This document shows, one piece after another, positions 1 to 10,437 of a stretch of DNA of 64,000 nt (its first letter is position 1; the number at the start of each line of letters is the position of its first letter). The stretch is from an uncultured Bacteroidales bacterium (GTDB taxonomy: Bacteria; Bacteroidota; Bacteroidia; Bacteroidales; UBA7960): NCBI GenBank assembly GCA_964614525.1, contig CAZTPA010000009.1, positions 306 to 64,305 on the forward strand, written 5' to 3'. A model generated the notes under the pieces. The model saw only the letters and a program-made list of their open reading frames with translations. It was not told where the DNA came from and made no database searches. Position numbers and translations under genes: made by a program.

Positions 1-534
1 CTTTGAGCCTTTGTGGTTATAATTGATTTTAACCAGACAGTAGTGAAAATGAATAGCAAATTTTGGGATAGTCATTATTTGATGCGCCACAGGATAACAT
101 TCCACGCAAAAAGCGCAAAACATCTGCTAAAACTGCAAAATTCAAAAACCTTATCAATTTTTCAAGCTTAGTAGAATTTTTTGTTCCCTTAGATTTCAAA
201 CCTTATTACCATATTTTCTTAAATAATTCAATGAATTTTTACAAAAAAGGTGCTAATGAAAATCTTTAATAAGCTTGTTGGTTAAGGCGGTGTGAATAGC
301 TTCTCCTAAGGTTTCAAAAAAAGTATAAGGTTTGCTTTGAATAACATTACTGAAAGTAAAAAATTAAAAAAAACAAATCTGAAAATTATATTTTAATATG
401 CTTAATTGTTGATAGCGGCTTCGCACAAAATTAAAAACAAAAACACCTAATGCATCAAATAATGGTTATCCCCGAATTTTGATAAAAACCAAAAATCAAA
501 TACAAAAAATTCTTGAAAATATATTTAGAAAATA

Positions 535-1191
535 TTAGGGAATGCTCATGAATTTATGAGCTTGCAGAGATGATTGCCATTGTGGATGCATTTTAATATA
601 ATCTACAATAAGAGGCAAAATACGCTTATACTGACTCCATTCGGGCTGCAGGTACAACAAGCATTTTTCTTTAACCAGCTTAGCATTTTTTTCGGCCCAT
701 TCAAAATCAGCTATATTATTAATCACAACTTTCAGTTCATCAGCCATTAGCAGCATATCTTTTCGTGGCGGAACATTAGGCTTTGGAGATAAGCACATCC
801 AATCATATCGACCTGATAAAGGATAGACGCCGGAGGTCTCAAGAAAAATCTTAGCTCCTCCTTTTTTCAGTCCGTCGCAAAGAAAATCAAGATTATACAA
901 CATCGGTTCACCACCTGTAATAACAACAGCCTTAGCAGGAAATTGCAAAGCCCTTTCGATAATATCTTCTGTTTTTGAAAGCGGGTGCAAACTTGCGTCC
1001 CAGGACTCTTTAACATCGCACCACCTACAGGCAATATCACAGCCACCGATACGCAAAAAATAAGCTGCCCTGCCGGTATTATAACCCTCACCCTGAATAG
1101 AATAGAACTCTTCCATAACAGGTAAAAGCCTTCCTCTTTCAAGGTTTTCCTTTTGAGTGGCGCTTAAATTTATTAGTTTATATTGTGTCAA
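535..1191 (-). CDS. queE: 7-carboxy-7-deazaguanine synthase (radical SAM, queuosine pathway)
   Basis: 218-aa ORF with EEFYSIQGEG followed by the radical-SAM cysteine triad CDIACRWCD. The size fits short QueE. Its start abuts the folD stop with a 1-nt gap. Confidence 0.85.
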   Translation of the reverse strand: MTQYKLINLSATQKENLERGRLLPVMEEFYSIQGEGYNTGRAAYFLRIGGCDIACRWCDVKESWDASLHPLSKTEDIIERALQFPAKAVVITGGEPMLYNLDFLCDGLKKGGAKIFLETSGVYPLSGRYDWMCLSPKPNVPPRKDMLLMADELKVVINNIADFEWAEKNAKLVKEKCLLYLQPEWSQYKRILPLIVDYIKMHPQWQSSLQAHKFMSIP

Positions 1192-1192
1192 A

Positions 1193-2074
1193 TCAGCTGT
1201 AAATTTCTTTTTTAGATGCTTTTAATGTATTAGTAAGTAGTGACACTATAGTCATAGGGCCTACTCCACCCGGAACAGGAGTAATTTTTGAAGCTTTTTT
1301 TGATACTTCTTCAAATTTAACATCTCCAATAAGCCGAAACCCTGATTTTGTTGAATCCGATTTAACTCTGTGAATGCCAACATCTATAACTACTGCGCCA
1401 TCTTTAACCATATCTGCTGTTACAAATTCCGCTTTGCCAATAGCTACTATTAAAATATCGGCAGCAGATGTAATTTCTTTAAGATTTTTTGTTCTGCTAT
1501 GACAAACAGTTACTGTAGCATTTGCATTATCATTATTCAAAGACATCAATATACTCACAGGCCGGCCAACGATATTGCTTCTTCCAAGCACCACGCAATT
1601 TTTTCCTTTGGTTTCAATTTCTGATCTTTTCAATAATTCCATTATTCCGAAAGGCGTTGCTGAAACATACGATGGAAGACCTATAGCCATTCTTCCCACA
1701 TTAACGGGATGAAAACCATCAACATCTTTGGCAGGATTTATTGCCTGAATAATTTTATTCTCATTAATATGCGACGGAAGCGGCAATTGAACAATAAAGC
1801 CGTCAATTTCAACATCATCATTCAAAAACTTCACTGTTTCAAGCAGCTCCTCTTCTGAAGTATCACCGGCTAATTTATAAACTGATGAATCAAATCCAAT
1901 TTGTTTGCATGCTTTCTCCTTGCTTGCCACATAAGTTTCGCTGGCAGGTTCGCTACCCACCAAAATGGCAGCTAAGTGCGGAATTTTACCATCATTATCC
2001 TTTATTGTTTGAACCTCTTTTGCTATCTCTTCTTTAATGTCGTTAGCGATTTTTTTACCGTCAATTAGTTCCAT
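1193..2074 (-). CDS. folD: bifunctional methylenetetrahydrofolate dehydrogenase/cyclohydrolase
   Basis: 293-aa ORF. Motifs seen: [11 protein letters not shown]-terminus, [44 protein letters not shown]. Confidence 0.9.
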   Translation of the reverse strand: MELIDGKKIANDIKEEIAKEVQTIKDNDGKIPHLAAILVGSEPASETYVASKEKACKQIGFDSSVYKLAGDTSEEELLETVKFLNDDVEIDGFIVQLPLPSHINENKIIQAINPAKDVDGFHPVNVGRMAIGLPSYVSATPFGIMELLKRSEIETKGKNCVVLGRSNIVGRPVSILMSLNNDNANATVTVCHSRTKNLKEITSAADILIVAIGKAEFVTADMVKDGAVVIDVGIHRVKSDSTKSGFRLIGDVKFEEVSKKASKITPVPGGVGPMTIVSLLTNTLKASKKEIYS

Positions 2075-2113
2075 TATATGCCTGTATTATAATTCCTTTC
2101 TTATATTAAATAA

Positions 2114-3451
2114 TTATCTTTTCATCCCTGACATGGCATTCATTATATTCTTCATTTTACCACCGCCACCGGACATCATTTTCATCATCTTTCTTGTATC
2201 TTCAAATTGCTTAATTAGTCTGTTTACTTCCTGAATTGAAGTACCGCTGCCACCTGCAATTCTTTTTCTTCTGCTTCCGTTTAAAACTCCGGGATTTGTT
2301 CTTTCAAAAGGAGTCATCGAATGTATGATAGCTTCAATACTTTTAAAAGCATCGTCATCAACATCAATATCCTTCATCGCCTTTCCCATTCCGGGAATCA
2401 TACTGACAAGGTCTTTAACATTACCCATCTTTTTAATTTGTTGTAATTGACTAAGAAAATCATCAAAACCAAACTGATTTTTTGCCAATTTCTTTTGAAG
2501 CTTTCTTGCTTCTTCAGTATCAAATTGTTCCTGAGCTTTTTCAACAAGAGAAACAATATCACCCATTCCGAGAATTCTGTCAGCCATTCTTTTTGGATGA
2601 AACAGGTCAATAGCATCTAGTTTTTCTCCAAGTCCAACAAATTTTATAGGCTTATCGACAACAGCTCTAATGGTTAAAGCAGCACCACCTCTTGTATCAC
2701 CGTCGAGCTTAGTAAGAACAACGCCATCATAATCAAGCTTTTCATTAAATGCTTTAGCAGTGTTAACAGCATCCTGTCCGGTCATTGCATCCACAACAAA
2801 GAGAATCTCATGAGGATTTAAAGCCTTTTTAAGATCATGAATCTCCGTCATCATTTGCTCATCAATAGCCAATCGACCGGCTGTATCGACAATAACCACC
2901 TGATGGCCCATGTTTTTTGCATGTGAAACAGCTTTTTTAGCAATATCTACCGGACTTTTAGAATCCTCAATGGTAAAAACTTCTGTATCTGTCTGTTCGC
3001 CAAGCACCTTTAGCTGCTCAATAGCAGCAGGACGATAGACATCGCATGCAGTTAATAAAACTTTTTTTCCTTTTTTAGATTTTAAATAATTTGCAAGCTT
3101 TGCGGAAAATGTCGTTTTACCACTTCCTTGCAATCCGGAAATCAAAATAACGGCAGGACTGCCTTTGAGATTAATATCTGCTTGCTCTTCTCCCATAAGT
3201 AAAGACAACTCTTCATGAACAATTTTAACCATGAGTTGTCCCGGAGATACTGCAGTAAGAACATTTTGTCCCAATGCTTTTTCCTTCACTGTTTCAGTGA
3301 AAGTTTTTGCAATCTTAAAACTAACATCGGCATCTAACAATGCACGACGCACATCTTTTAAGGTTTCTGCTACATTGATTTCTGTAATATGCCCCTGCCC
3401 CTTCAGGAGCTTAAATGCGCGATCAAATTTTTCGGTTAAACTTTCAAACAT
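2114..3451 (-). CDS. ffh: signal recognition particle protein Ffh
   Basis: 445-aa ORF with MFESLTEKF start, GLQGSGKTT P-loop, DTAGR, TKLDGD and a Met-rich C-terminal M domain. Confidence 0.95.
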   Translation of the reverse strand: MFESLTEKFDRAFKLLKGQGHITEINVAETLKDVRRALLDADVSFKIAKTFTETVKEKALGQNVLTAVSPGQLMVKIVHEELSLLMGEEQADINLKGSPAVILISGLQGSGKTTFSAKLANYLKSKKGKKVLLTACDVYRPAAIEQLKVLGEQTDTEVFTIEDSKSPVDIAKKAVSHAKNMGHQVVIVDTAGRLAIDEQMMTEIHDLKKALNPHEILFVVDAMTGQDAVNTAKAFNEKLDYDGVVLTKLDGDTRGGAALTIRAVVDKPIKFVGLGEKLDAIDLFHPKRMADRILGMGDIVSLVEKAQEQFDTEEARKLQKKLAKNQFGFDDFLSQLQQIKKMGNVKDLVSMIPGMGKAMKDIDVDDDAFKSIEAIIHSMTPFERTNPGVLNGSRRKRIAGGSGTSIQEVNRLIKQFEDTRKMMKMMSGGGGKMKNIMNAMSGMKR

Positions 3452-3470
3452 AATATTATAAATTTTTTTG

Positions 3471-3478
3471 CAAAATTA
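3471..3478 (-). promoter_or_regulatory. candidate Bacteroidota -7 promoter box (TAATTTTG on the minus strand) for ffh
   Basis: Plus-strand CAAAATTA is TAATTTTG on the minus strand, which matches TAnnTTTG. It lies about 20 nt upstream of the ffh start codon. Confidence 0.35.
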
Positions 3479-3821
3479 TCATTATTTATCCAATTTGCAT
3501 AACTCAAGTTTATAAACATATCAAATTGAAAGTTTAGGCATCAAATGCAAATTTCATATCTGAATAAAGCCTGCTTAATTATCCGGATTATCATCATTAG
3601 CAAATTACATAAAAACATTTTTTTGATTGTATAAAATAGTTATAGCAGTAGCACATATGGATGAAATACATTTTTTAAATCCCAAAAAGCATAACATTTA
3701 ACAAGCAATATTCTATTGTTAATAAAACGTTGATAAATTAAATCTCAGAAAATTTCCCGGTTCTCATTTTTCTCTATATTTATAAATAATAAAACAAAGT
3801 GTTTTATTGCTACTTTTTCCG

Positions 3822-3829
3822 TAAATTTG
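3822..3829 (+). promoter_or_regulatory. candidate -7 promoter box TAAATTTG for the TPR gene
   Basis: Exact TAnnTTTG match about 98 nt upstream of the ATG at 3927. A 10-bp hairpin follows in the leader (3836-3845 pairs with 3857-3866). Confidence 0.35.
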
Positions 3830-3926
3830 CAGGCTTTATTCAAAACATATATTTGATTTTGAATAAACAATAGTAAGCTAGAGTTATCGTTTTTAGGTTA
3901 AGTATTTGCCATATAAAACACAATAA

Positions 3927-5327
3927 ATGGATCGCGATTTCGAATTTGAAGATTATAAACCACAACAGGTTGAGCAGATAGAAAAAATGTTCAATAGTGA
4001 TATAATGGGGTATTTTGATGTTGATGATTTTGAAGAAATTCTCGACTATTATACTTCCGTAGGATTAATAAAAAAAGCATTAACTGTTTCTGAATATGCA
4101 AATATTGTTCACCCAACTTCTATTCCTTTGAAAGTAAAAAAAGCTAAAGTTTTGGCTTTAAATAATGATGAAAAAGGAGCTCTGAGCATTCTTAAAGAAG
4201 TAGAGAATACAGACCCGGGTGATTATGAGGTTTGCTTAACAAAAGGTGCAATTTATTCTCAGCTTAAAAACTACGAAAAGGCCATCGAGGAATACAATAA
4301 AGCACTTGCTGAAGCAGAAAGTCCAGACTATATTTATTGCAACATAGCTTTTGAGTATGAAAACATGGGTGATTATAAAAAAACCATAGAATACCTGAAT
4401 AAAGCTTTGGAGTTAAATCCTGAAAACATAATTGCAATGCATGAGGCAGCATACTGCTTTGATTTGCTGTCACTGAATGATGAAAGTATAAGTTTTTTCT
4501 CAAAACATATTGACAAACACCCCTATTCTGTTGAAGCATGGTTTAATTTGGGTACTTCATATATTAATGCCGGCCTTTACGAAAAATCAATTGAAGCATT
4601 GGATTATTGTTTAGCAATCGACGATGAACACACATTGGCTCATCTTCATAAAGCTGTTGCATATTCGTTTCTGAATATGTATGCAAAAGCAATTGAATGT
4701 TATAAAAACAGTATTGAAAATGAAGAAGACTCACCCATGACACTTTATTATATTGGTGAATGCTATGAGAAAATGGAATATTATAATGAAGCCGTTTATT
4801 ATTACAGAAAAACTTTAAATTTTGATCCGGAAATTACTGATGCATGGATAGGAATTGGGATGTGCGAACTGGAAAACGGAAATAAAAAAACAGCTATTAC
4901 TTCAATGCTCAAAGCACTTTCTTTTGAACCTGAAAATACAACCTATTTGTGTTTAATTGCTGATGCTTATCTTTCCTGTTCAGACAAAAAGAATTGTGTC
5001 AAATATTTTGAAAAAGCAATTTCTCTTGATAATATAGATGAAGACACATGGATAGAGTACATTGAAGCTTTAATTGCTTTGAATGATTTGGACGCTGCTA
5101 TTGAAGTTGGAAAAAGAAGTCTGGAGCAGATTACAAACAGCAACATCCTATTTTACCAAATGGCAATTTGTCTTTATCTTAAAGGAAATAATAAAGAAGC
5201 GGATTTCTTTTTGGAAGAAGCTCTGCAAAATGATGTTGATTTGCTAAATAAAAAAATTCTGGATAACTATCCTGAATTATTATCTAATAAATCTTTTCTA
5301 AACTTGATTGAATTATACGAAACTTAA
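3927..5327 (+). CDS. tetratricopeptide-repeat protein (cytoplasmic, function unknown)
   Basis: 466-aa ORF with repeated 34-aa A/Y/L-patterned units (e.g. YEKAIEEYNKALAEAE, YKKTIEYLNKALELNPEN, YNEAVYYYRKTLNFDPE). No signal peptide. Confidence 0.7.
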   Translation: MDRDFEFEDYKPQQVEQIEKMFNSDIMGYFDVDDFEEILDYYTSVGLIKKALTVSEYANIVHPTSIPLKVKKAKVLALNNDEKGALSILKEVENTDPGDYEVCLTKGAIYSQLKNYEKAIEEYNKALAEAESPDYIYCNIAFEYENMGDYKKTIEYLNKALELNPENIIAMHEAAYCFDLLSLNDESISFFSKHIDKHPYSVEAWFNLGTSYINAGLYEKSIEALDYCLAIDDEHTLAHLHKAVAYSFLNMYAKAIECYKNSIENEEDSPMTLYYIGECYEKMEYYNEAVYYYRKTLNFDPEITDAWIGIGMCELENGNKKTAITSMLKALSFEPENTTYLCLIADAYLSCSDKKNCVKYFEKAISLDNIDEDTWIEYIEALIALNDLDAAIEVGKRSLEQITNSNILFYQMAICLYLKGNNKEADFFLEEALQNDVDLLNKKILDNYPELLSNKSFLNLIELYET

Positions 5328-5404
5328 TTCTTTTTTTCATCACTGTGTATTTCCCATTTTTTAAAATCAGGATTCGCTTTAAATAGCAAAAGGTTGCACA
5401 CAAA

Positions 5405-6370
5405 GTGATAGCAAACAACTACTACTCTATGCTAAAAAAAATATATAAATATTTATTAATTACGGCTCGCGGATTAGCAATGGGAGCTGCAGATATAATT
5501 CCCGGAGTTTCCGGCGGAACAATTGCTTTAATAACAGGAATATATGAAAAACTCATATTTAGCATAAAATCTATTAACCCCGGTTTAGTCAAAACCGCTT
5601 ATAAAGAAGGTATTCCAACAGCATGGAGAAAAATAAATGGTAACTTTTTAGTTGCACTTTTTGCAGGTATTCTTATAAGCATATTTACCTTGGCAAGAAT
5701 TATTAGCTGGTTAATGGATAACCACAAAATGCTGGTTTGGGCATTTTTCTTTGGATTAATTGCAGCATCCGCAATCTATGTCTGGAAAAAAACTAATGGA
5801 AGAATTTTAATAAGATTAGTATTTCTTATAATCGGAGCATCCATATCATATTTTATAACTATTGCAACCCCGTCAACAACTCCTGATTCATTAATATATG
5901 TTTTTGGCGCCGGATTTATAGCAATCTGTGCAATGATACTTCCCGGTATTTCAGGTAGTTTTATATTATTGCTGCTGGGTAAGTACGAATATATTCTTGA
6001 TGCTGTTAAAGAAGTAAAACTTGATGTACTGGCCTTATTTGCTGCAGGCTGTGTAATTGGCTTAGTGAGTTTTGCTAATATTATTTCATGGCTGCTTAAA
6101 AGATTTCCGAATGAGACACTGGCATTACTTGCCGGTTTTATGCTGGGTTCTCTAAACAAATTGTGGCCATGGAAGGAAGTCATAGAAACCAGAATTAACT
6201 CAGAGGGTGTTGCTGAGCCATTCATTGAAAAAAGCATTTCACCATTTAGCTACTCACAAATGTATGGCGAAGATCCTTTAATTTTTCAAATAATTATTAC
6301 AGCAATATCAGGTTTTATTTTAGTATTTTTGATTGAATATTTATTTACTTTAAAAACGAAAAAATCCTAA
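5405..6370 (+). CDS. DUF368-family polytopic membrane protein (PopT-like candidate undecaprenyl-phosphate translocase)
   Basis: 321-aa ORF. The duplicated signature GAADIIPGVSGGTIALITG and ILPGISGSFILLLLG is typical of DUF368. Multiple TM helices. Confidence 0.8.
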   Translation: MIANNYYSMLKKIYKYLLITARGLAMGAADIIPGVSGGTIALITGIYEKLIFSIKSINPGLVKTAYKEGIPTAWRKINGNFLVALFAGILISIFTLARIISWLMDNHKMLVWAFFFGLIAASAIYVWKKTNGRILIRLVFLIIGASISYFITIATPSTTPDSLIYVFGAGFIAICAMILPGISGSFILLLLGKYEYILDAVKEVKLDVLALFAAGCVIGLVSFANIISWLLKRFPNETLALLAGFMLGSLNKLWPWKEVIETRINSEGVAEPFIEKSISPFSYSQMYGEDPLIFQIIITAISGFILVFLIEYLFTLKTKKS

Positions 6371-6374
6371 TAAC

Positions 6375-7121
6375 ATGAGAATTTTCGGCTTAGTAGGATT
6401 TCCTTTAACACATTCATTCTCTAAAAAGATATTTGAGGAAAGATTTATTAGAGAGAACATTACCGATGCCTCTTATAATTTATATCCTATAAAAAAAATT
6501 GAAGATGTCTTCCGTTTAATATTTAATGATAAGTCTATAAAAGGCTTAAATGTTACTATTCCTTTCAAAGAAAAGATTATTCCTTTCTTAAATGAATTTT
6601 CTGAAGAAGCAAAAACAGTTGGTGCAGTCAACACCCTTAAAATTAAACATTGCGAAAATGACATTTCAATAAAAGCTTACAATACTGATGTTTTTGGGTT
6701 TGAAGAATCTATAAAAGGCATACTTGAGGCGGGATTAAATAAAGCACTCATACTTGGCACAGGAGGAGCAGCAAAGTCAGCAATCTATGTTTTTGATAAA
6801 TATAAAATTGATTACACATTGGTTTCCCGATTAAAAAGGAATGATAAAACAATATTGTATCATGAAATTGATTCCAATAATTTTCACAACTATGATATTA
6901 TTGTTAACACTACACCTGTGGGAATGTATCCTAATTCAGGAGAAAAACCCAACATACCTTATCATGCTTTAAATTCAAATCAAATTCTTTTCGACCTGAT
7001 TTATAATCCTGAAATTACACTTTTCTTAAAAGAAGGAGAAAAAAAAGGCTGTACAATTATTAATGGTTTTGATATGCTTAATAAACAAGCAGATAAAGCT
7101 TGGGAAATATGGAATAAGTAA
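6375..7121 (+). CDS. aroE: shikimate dehydrogenase
   Basis: 248-aa ORF. FGLVGFPLTHSFSKKIF matches G-x-P-x-x-HS-x-S, followed by NVTIPFKE, NTDVFGF, GTGGAAKS and NTTPVGM. Confidence 0.8.
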   Translation: MRIFGLVGFPLTHSFSKKIFEERFIRENITDASYNLYPIKKIEDVFRLIFNDKSIKGLNVTIPFKEKIIPFLNEFSEEAKTVGAVNTLKIKHCENDISIKAYNTDVFGFEESIKGILEAGLNKALILGTGGAAKSAIYVFDKYKIDYTLVSRLKRNDKTILYHEIDSNNFHNYDIIVNTTPVGMYPNSGEKPNIPYHALNSNQILFDLIYNPEITLFLKEGEKKGCTIINGFDMLNKQADKAWEIWNK

Positions 7122-7131
7122 CAAACAACAC

Positions 7132-7653
7132 TCACTTTTTTTTCCTTCCTAAAAGTGATTTATTAAACAATAACAACAGCAAAGTAAAAACTATACCAAG
7201 AAGAAATCCGTGCATAGGGTCAATATCATCATTCTTCGGGGGGTTTATAAATAATCTGTAGGCTCCAAAAAGAATTCCATATAATCCCATAACCAATAGC
7301 AAGACAAATAGCACCTTGTCAAAAATTTGCTCAACAGCTTCTGGCTCACTGGGCTTGCGCTTTGCATATCTAACTCCACGTTTATATGTCTCCGGTCTTG
7401 GCCTGGCTGATGCCGGCCTGTAATGGACTTTTGTAACAATAATTCCATGCTTTAATCTAATATCGTAAAGTCTTCTTTTTGTGGGATCAATCAATACCTG
7501 ATGAGCCTCATTGAGCTTTTGAAAATCAGCTTTAGCATCGGCGGAATTATTAATATCAGGATGATATTTCTTAGCTTTTAAGCGAAAAGCTCTTCTAATT
7601 TGCTCACGTGTAGCATCTTGATTAACGCCGAGTATTTGATAGTAGCTGGCCAA
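7132..7653 (-). CDS. J-domain (DnaJ-like) protein with C-terminal membrane anchor
   Basis: 173-aa ORF with YYQILGV...KYHPD J-domain signature and two hydrophobic helices at the C-terminus. Confidence 0.75.
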   Translation of the reverse strand: MASYYQILGVNQDATREQIRRAFRLKAKKYHPDINNSADAKADFQKLNEAHQVLIDPTKRRLYDIRLKHGIIVTKVHYRPASARPRPETYKRGVRYAKRKPSEPEAVEQIFDKVLFVLLLVMGLYGILFGAYRLFINPPKNDDIDPMHGFLLGIVFTLLLLLFNKSLLGRKKK

Positions 7654-7658
7654 AACTA

Positions 7659-9008
7659 CTATCCTTTTTGATTTTGCTTATCCATATCAATATTTACCTG
7701 CAAATCAGATGGATACTGAAATATTTTCAAATCAAAGAAAGGTACTACAGCAAAAATATGATCAAAAATGTTCGACTGAATGGCTTCATAGTTTTGCCAG
7801 TTAGTATCATCCGCAAAAGCATAAACCTGCAAAGCAACGCCATGTTCACCTGATTGCAACTGGCGAACCATAAAGAGCATATCCTTATTTATATTAGGAT
7901 GATTTGCAAGGTATTTTTCAATGTAAACTCTGAAAGTTCCTAAATTTGTGAGCCTTCGTCCGTTAACTTCAAAAGAAGGGTCAATATTATATTTTTTATT
8001 GTGAGCTTCAATTTCCAGCTTTTTCTTCTTAATATAATCTTTCAAATGATGAATCTTCTCAAATTTTTGAATCATTTGTTCATCACAGAATTTAACACTT
8101 TTCAAATCAATATTAACAGAACGCATAATTCTTCTGGCCTTGGTATCTAGCATTCCTCTCCAGTTCTTAAAGGAGTCGGAAACCAAAGCATAAGTTGGTA
8201 TTGTGGTTATGGTTTTATCGAAATTCTGAACTCTCACAGTATGTAATGAGATATCTATAACATCACCGTCAGCTCCATATTTGGGCATTTCTATCCAGTC
8301 GCCGATTCTAACCATGTCATTTGCTGTAACCTGTACCCCACCAACAAATCCAAGTATCGTATCTTTAAATACCAACATTAAAATAGCTGTCATTGCGCCC
8401 AAACCTGTTAACATATAAACCGGGGAACGATCTAATAAAGCTGATAAAAGCAATATTGCTACAATAATTCCTGTAACTATTTTTAATCCTTGGATATATC
8501 CTGTAATTGGACGTGATTTTGAAAGTTCGTAAGCATTATATACCCCCTGAACTACATTTAAAAATGCAAATAGAATTAACATTGCAGTAATTATAATGTA
8601 AATACGGGTAATTAAAAAAGTTTTATCTGCAAGTACGGGGTACTCTGCCAGCAAAGCAGGACCAAGAAGATAAATAACAAAAACAGGTGCTAAATGGGAC
8701 AATTTTAGAAAAACTTTCTTATCAAGCAAATTGACACTCCACAAATTAGGATATTTTTTTACTATTCTTCTAACATAGACAAGAATTACGTTTTTTGCTA
8801 TCCAATAAACTAAAAAGCAAAGTACAAATAGCACAAATATCAACAATACTGCTTTTATGGTATAAGCTATTTCTGCAGACATCCCGGTTTTTTCTAAAAT
8901 ATCACTAAGAAAATCGCTAAAACGACTAATAATTGAGGGAATCATAATATATTGTTTTATGTTAAAAAATTTATAATCAAAACTTTGGCTAAGATAATAC
9001 CTTGCCAT
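7659..9008 (-). CDS. mechanosensitive ion channel (MscS family)
   Basis: 449-aa ORF with an N-terminal multi-TM region and an MscS core: VRIGDWIEMPKYGADGDVIDISLHTVRVQNFDKTITTIPTYAL. Confidence 0.8.
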   Translation of the reverse strand: MARYYLSQSFDYKFFNIKQYIMIPSIISRFSDFLSDILEKTGMSAEIAYTIKAVLLIFVLFVLCFLVYWIAKNVILVYVRRIVKKYPNLWSVNLLDKKVFLKLSHLAPVFVIYLLGPALLAEYPVLADKTFLITRIYIIITAMLILFAFLNVVQGVYNAYELSKSRPITGYIQGLKIVTGIIVAILLLSALLDRSPVYMLTGLGAMTAILMLVFKDTILGFVGGVQVTANDMVRIGDWIEMPKYGADGDVIDISLHTVRVQNFDKTITTIPTYALVSDSFKNWRGMLDTKARRIMRSVNIDLKSVKFCDEQMIQKFEKIHHLKDYIKKKKLEIEAHNKKYNIDPSFEVNGRRLTNLGTFRVYIEKYLANHPNINKDMLFMVRQLQSGEHGVALQVYAFADDTNWQNYEAIQSNIFDHIFAVVPFFDLKIFQYPSDLQVNIDMDKQNQKG

Positions 9009-9202
9009 TAATTATAAAACAAATATTTTAAGATTGAATTACATCTTAGAAATAAAAACGTATTATATGCAAAAAACAATTACTTTTGCAAAATATTAGT
9101 AATAATGCTTTATTACCAGTGGATTAGGCTAATAATTATTCTCTATTTCTATTTATTTTACAAAAACAACAAAAAACATTTGTCAGATAAAAAAAAAATA
9201 CC

Positions 9203-9216
9203 GAATTTTGCACTCC
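9203..9216 (+). promoter_or_regulatory. candidate promoter box GAATTTTG plus CACTCC for rpmB
   Basis: One mismatch to TAnnTTTG. The G lies 50 nt before the rpmB ATG, the same spacing and C-rich downstream box as at rpsF and rplU. Confidence 0.35.
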
Positions 9217-9259
9217 TTAAAAGGGAAATATATTTATTCATTATATAAGGATTAAGAAA

Positions 9260-9496
9260 ATGTCAAGAGTTTGTCAAATAACAGGAAAAAAAACTATATC
9301 AGGAAATAATATTTCTCACTCACACATTAAGACAAAGAGGAAGTTTCATCCTAACTTGCAGAAGAAAAAATTTTTCATTCCTGAAGAAAATCGTTGGGTA
9401 ACATTAAAAGTATCAGCAAAAGGCATTCGTATTATCAATAAAAAAGGTATTACAGCAAGCCTATTGGATGCATTTGAAAAAGGAAATATAAAATAA
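9260..9496 (+). CDS. rpmB: 50S ribosomal protein L28
   Basis: 78-aa ORF starting [11 protein letters not shown]...[18 protein letters not shown], the classic L28 pattern. Confidence 0.9.
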   Translation: MSRVCQITGKKTISGNNISHSHIKTKRKFHPNLQKKKFFIPEENRWVTLKVSAKGIRIINKKGITASLLDAFEKGNIK

Positions 9497-9520
9497 GCAA
9501 GGCATTTTTGCTATTCACCG

Positions 9521-9562
9521 GAGGCTGTTTCAATCAATATTGATGCAGCCTCTTTTGTTTTT
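9521..9562 (+). terminator. intrinsic terminator after rpmB
   Basis: GAGGCTG (9521-9527) pairs with CAGCCTC (9546-9552), followed by TTTTGTTTTT. Confidence 0.6.
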
Positions 9563-9651
9563 ATGCATTTAAATGAAACAATAAAAAAACAAAGTATTTG
9601 TTATTGTATAATAATTATACTTTTGTTATAAAATAATTCACTGTAAATCCC

Positions 9652-10314
9652 ATGAAAAAAACAGCATCAGTATTATTTGTGACAATGATAGTTGTTTTTA
9701 CATCTTTCTCAATGATCGGTATAACTGACAATGATGATAAAAAACAAAAACGAAAAATTATCCAACTATCAGGAATTATTGTTACAGGTGACAGTTTAAA
9801 ACCTGTTCCATATACAAATATTTGGGTAAAAAATTCACGCAGGGGAGCCATATCCGACTTTTACGGTTTTTTCAATATTACAGCCAGGGAACTTGACACC
9901 CTCAGGTTTTCATCTGTTGGCTTTGATGAAGTACATTACATAATCCCTGACACACTTACAGAAAACAGATATTCAGTAGTGCAAGTTATGACCCGAGACA
10001 CATTAATTCTACCTGAAACAGTTATATATCCATGGCCAACAAAAGATCAATTTCGTTATGCTTTCTTAAATGTAAAAGTTCCGGAAGATGATTATGACAG
10101 GGCAATGAAAAACCTTGCCAGAGCTGAAATGAAAGAAAGACTGGAAAACATGCCAATGGACGGAGGAATGAACTTTAGGAATTACATGAATCAGCAAAAT
10201 AATCAATTATACTATGCAGGACAAGCACCTCCTATGAGATTATTTGATCCTTTTGCTTGGGCCGAATTTTTTAAAGCATGGCGCGACGGGAAATTCAAAC
10301 GCAACAAAGATTAA
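9652..10314 (+). CDS. secreted CarboxypepD_reg-like domain protein
   Basis: 220-aa ORF with a signal peptide. LSGIIVTGDSLKPVPYTNIWVK...GFFNITA...LRFSSVGF matches the carboxypeptidase-regulatory-like fold pattern. Confidence 0.5.
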   Translation: MKKTASVLFVTMIVVFTSFSMIGITDNDDKKQKRKIIQLSGIIVTGDSLKPVPYTNIWVKNSRRGAISDFYGFFNITARELDTLRFSSVGFDEVHYIIPDTLTENRYSVVQVMTRDTLILPETVIYPWPTKDQFRYAFLNVKVPEDDYDRAMKNLARAEMKERLENMPMDGGMNFRNYMNQQNNQLYYAGQAPPMRLFDPFAWAEFFKAWRDGKFKRNKD

Positions 10315-10437
10315 TTTTTCGACCCCAAAACAATAATTCTTTTCTGTTTGGGTTTATTTCTATAGTATCTTTTTCAAACATTGCTAAGTAAATATTTTCT
10401 AAAGAAAAAATTAATAACACATTATTATCTTTGTCGG

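Noticed and set aside
5776-6237. 153-aa antisense ORF inside the DUF368 gene
   Set aside because: It is a shadow ORF opposite a well-supported membrane-protein gene, with Ser/Pro/Ile-rich composition and no motif. The other antisense track ORFs have the same problem (e.g. 867-1142, 2398-2616, 4264-4539, 16579-16866, 33433-33777, 38128-38427, 39698-40159, 42360-42683).
9497-9651. Expected rpmG (L33) gene directly after rpmB
   Set aside because: No small ORF with an L33-like sequence occurs in any frame. The region contains only the rpmB terminator, so L33 must be encoded elsewhere.
10381-10437. TTG start for the TonB-dependent receptor given by the ORF track
   Set aside because: The 19 extra codons precede the signal peptide and overlap a TAnnTTTG box. 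GTG 10438 gives a standard signal sequence.
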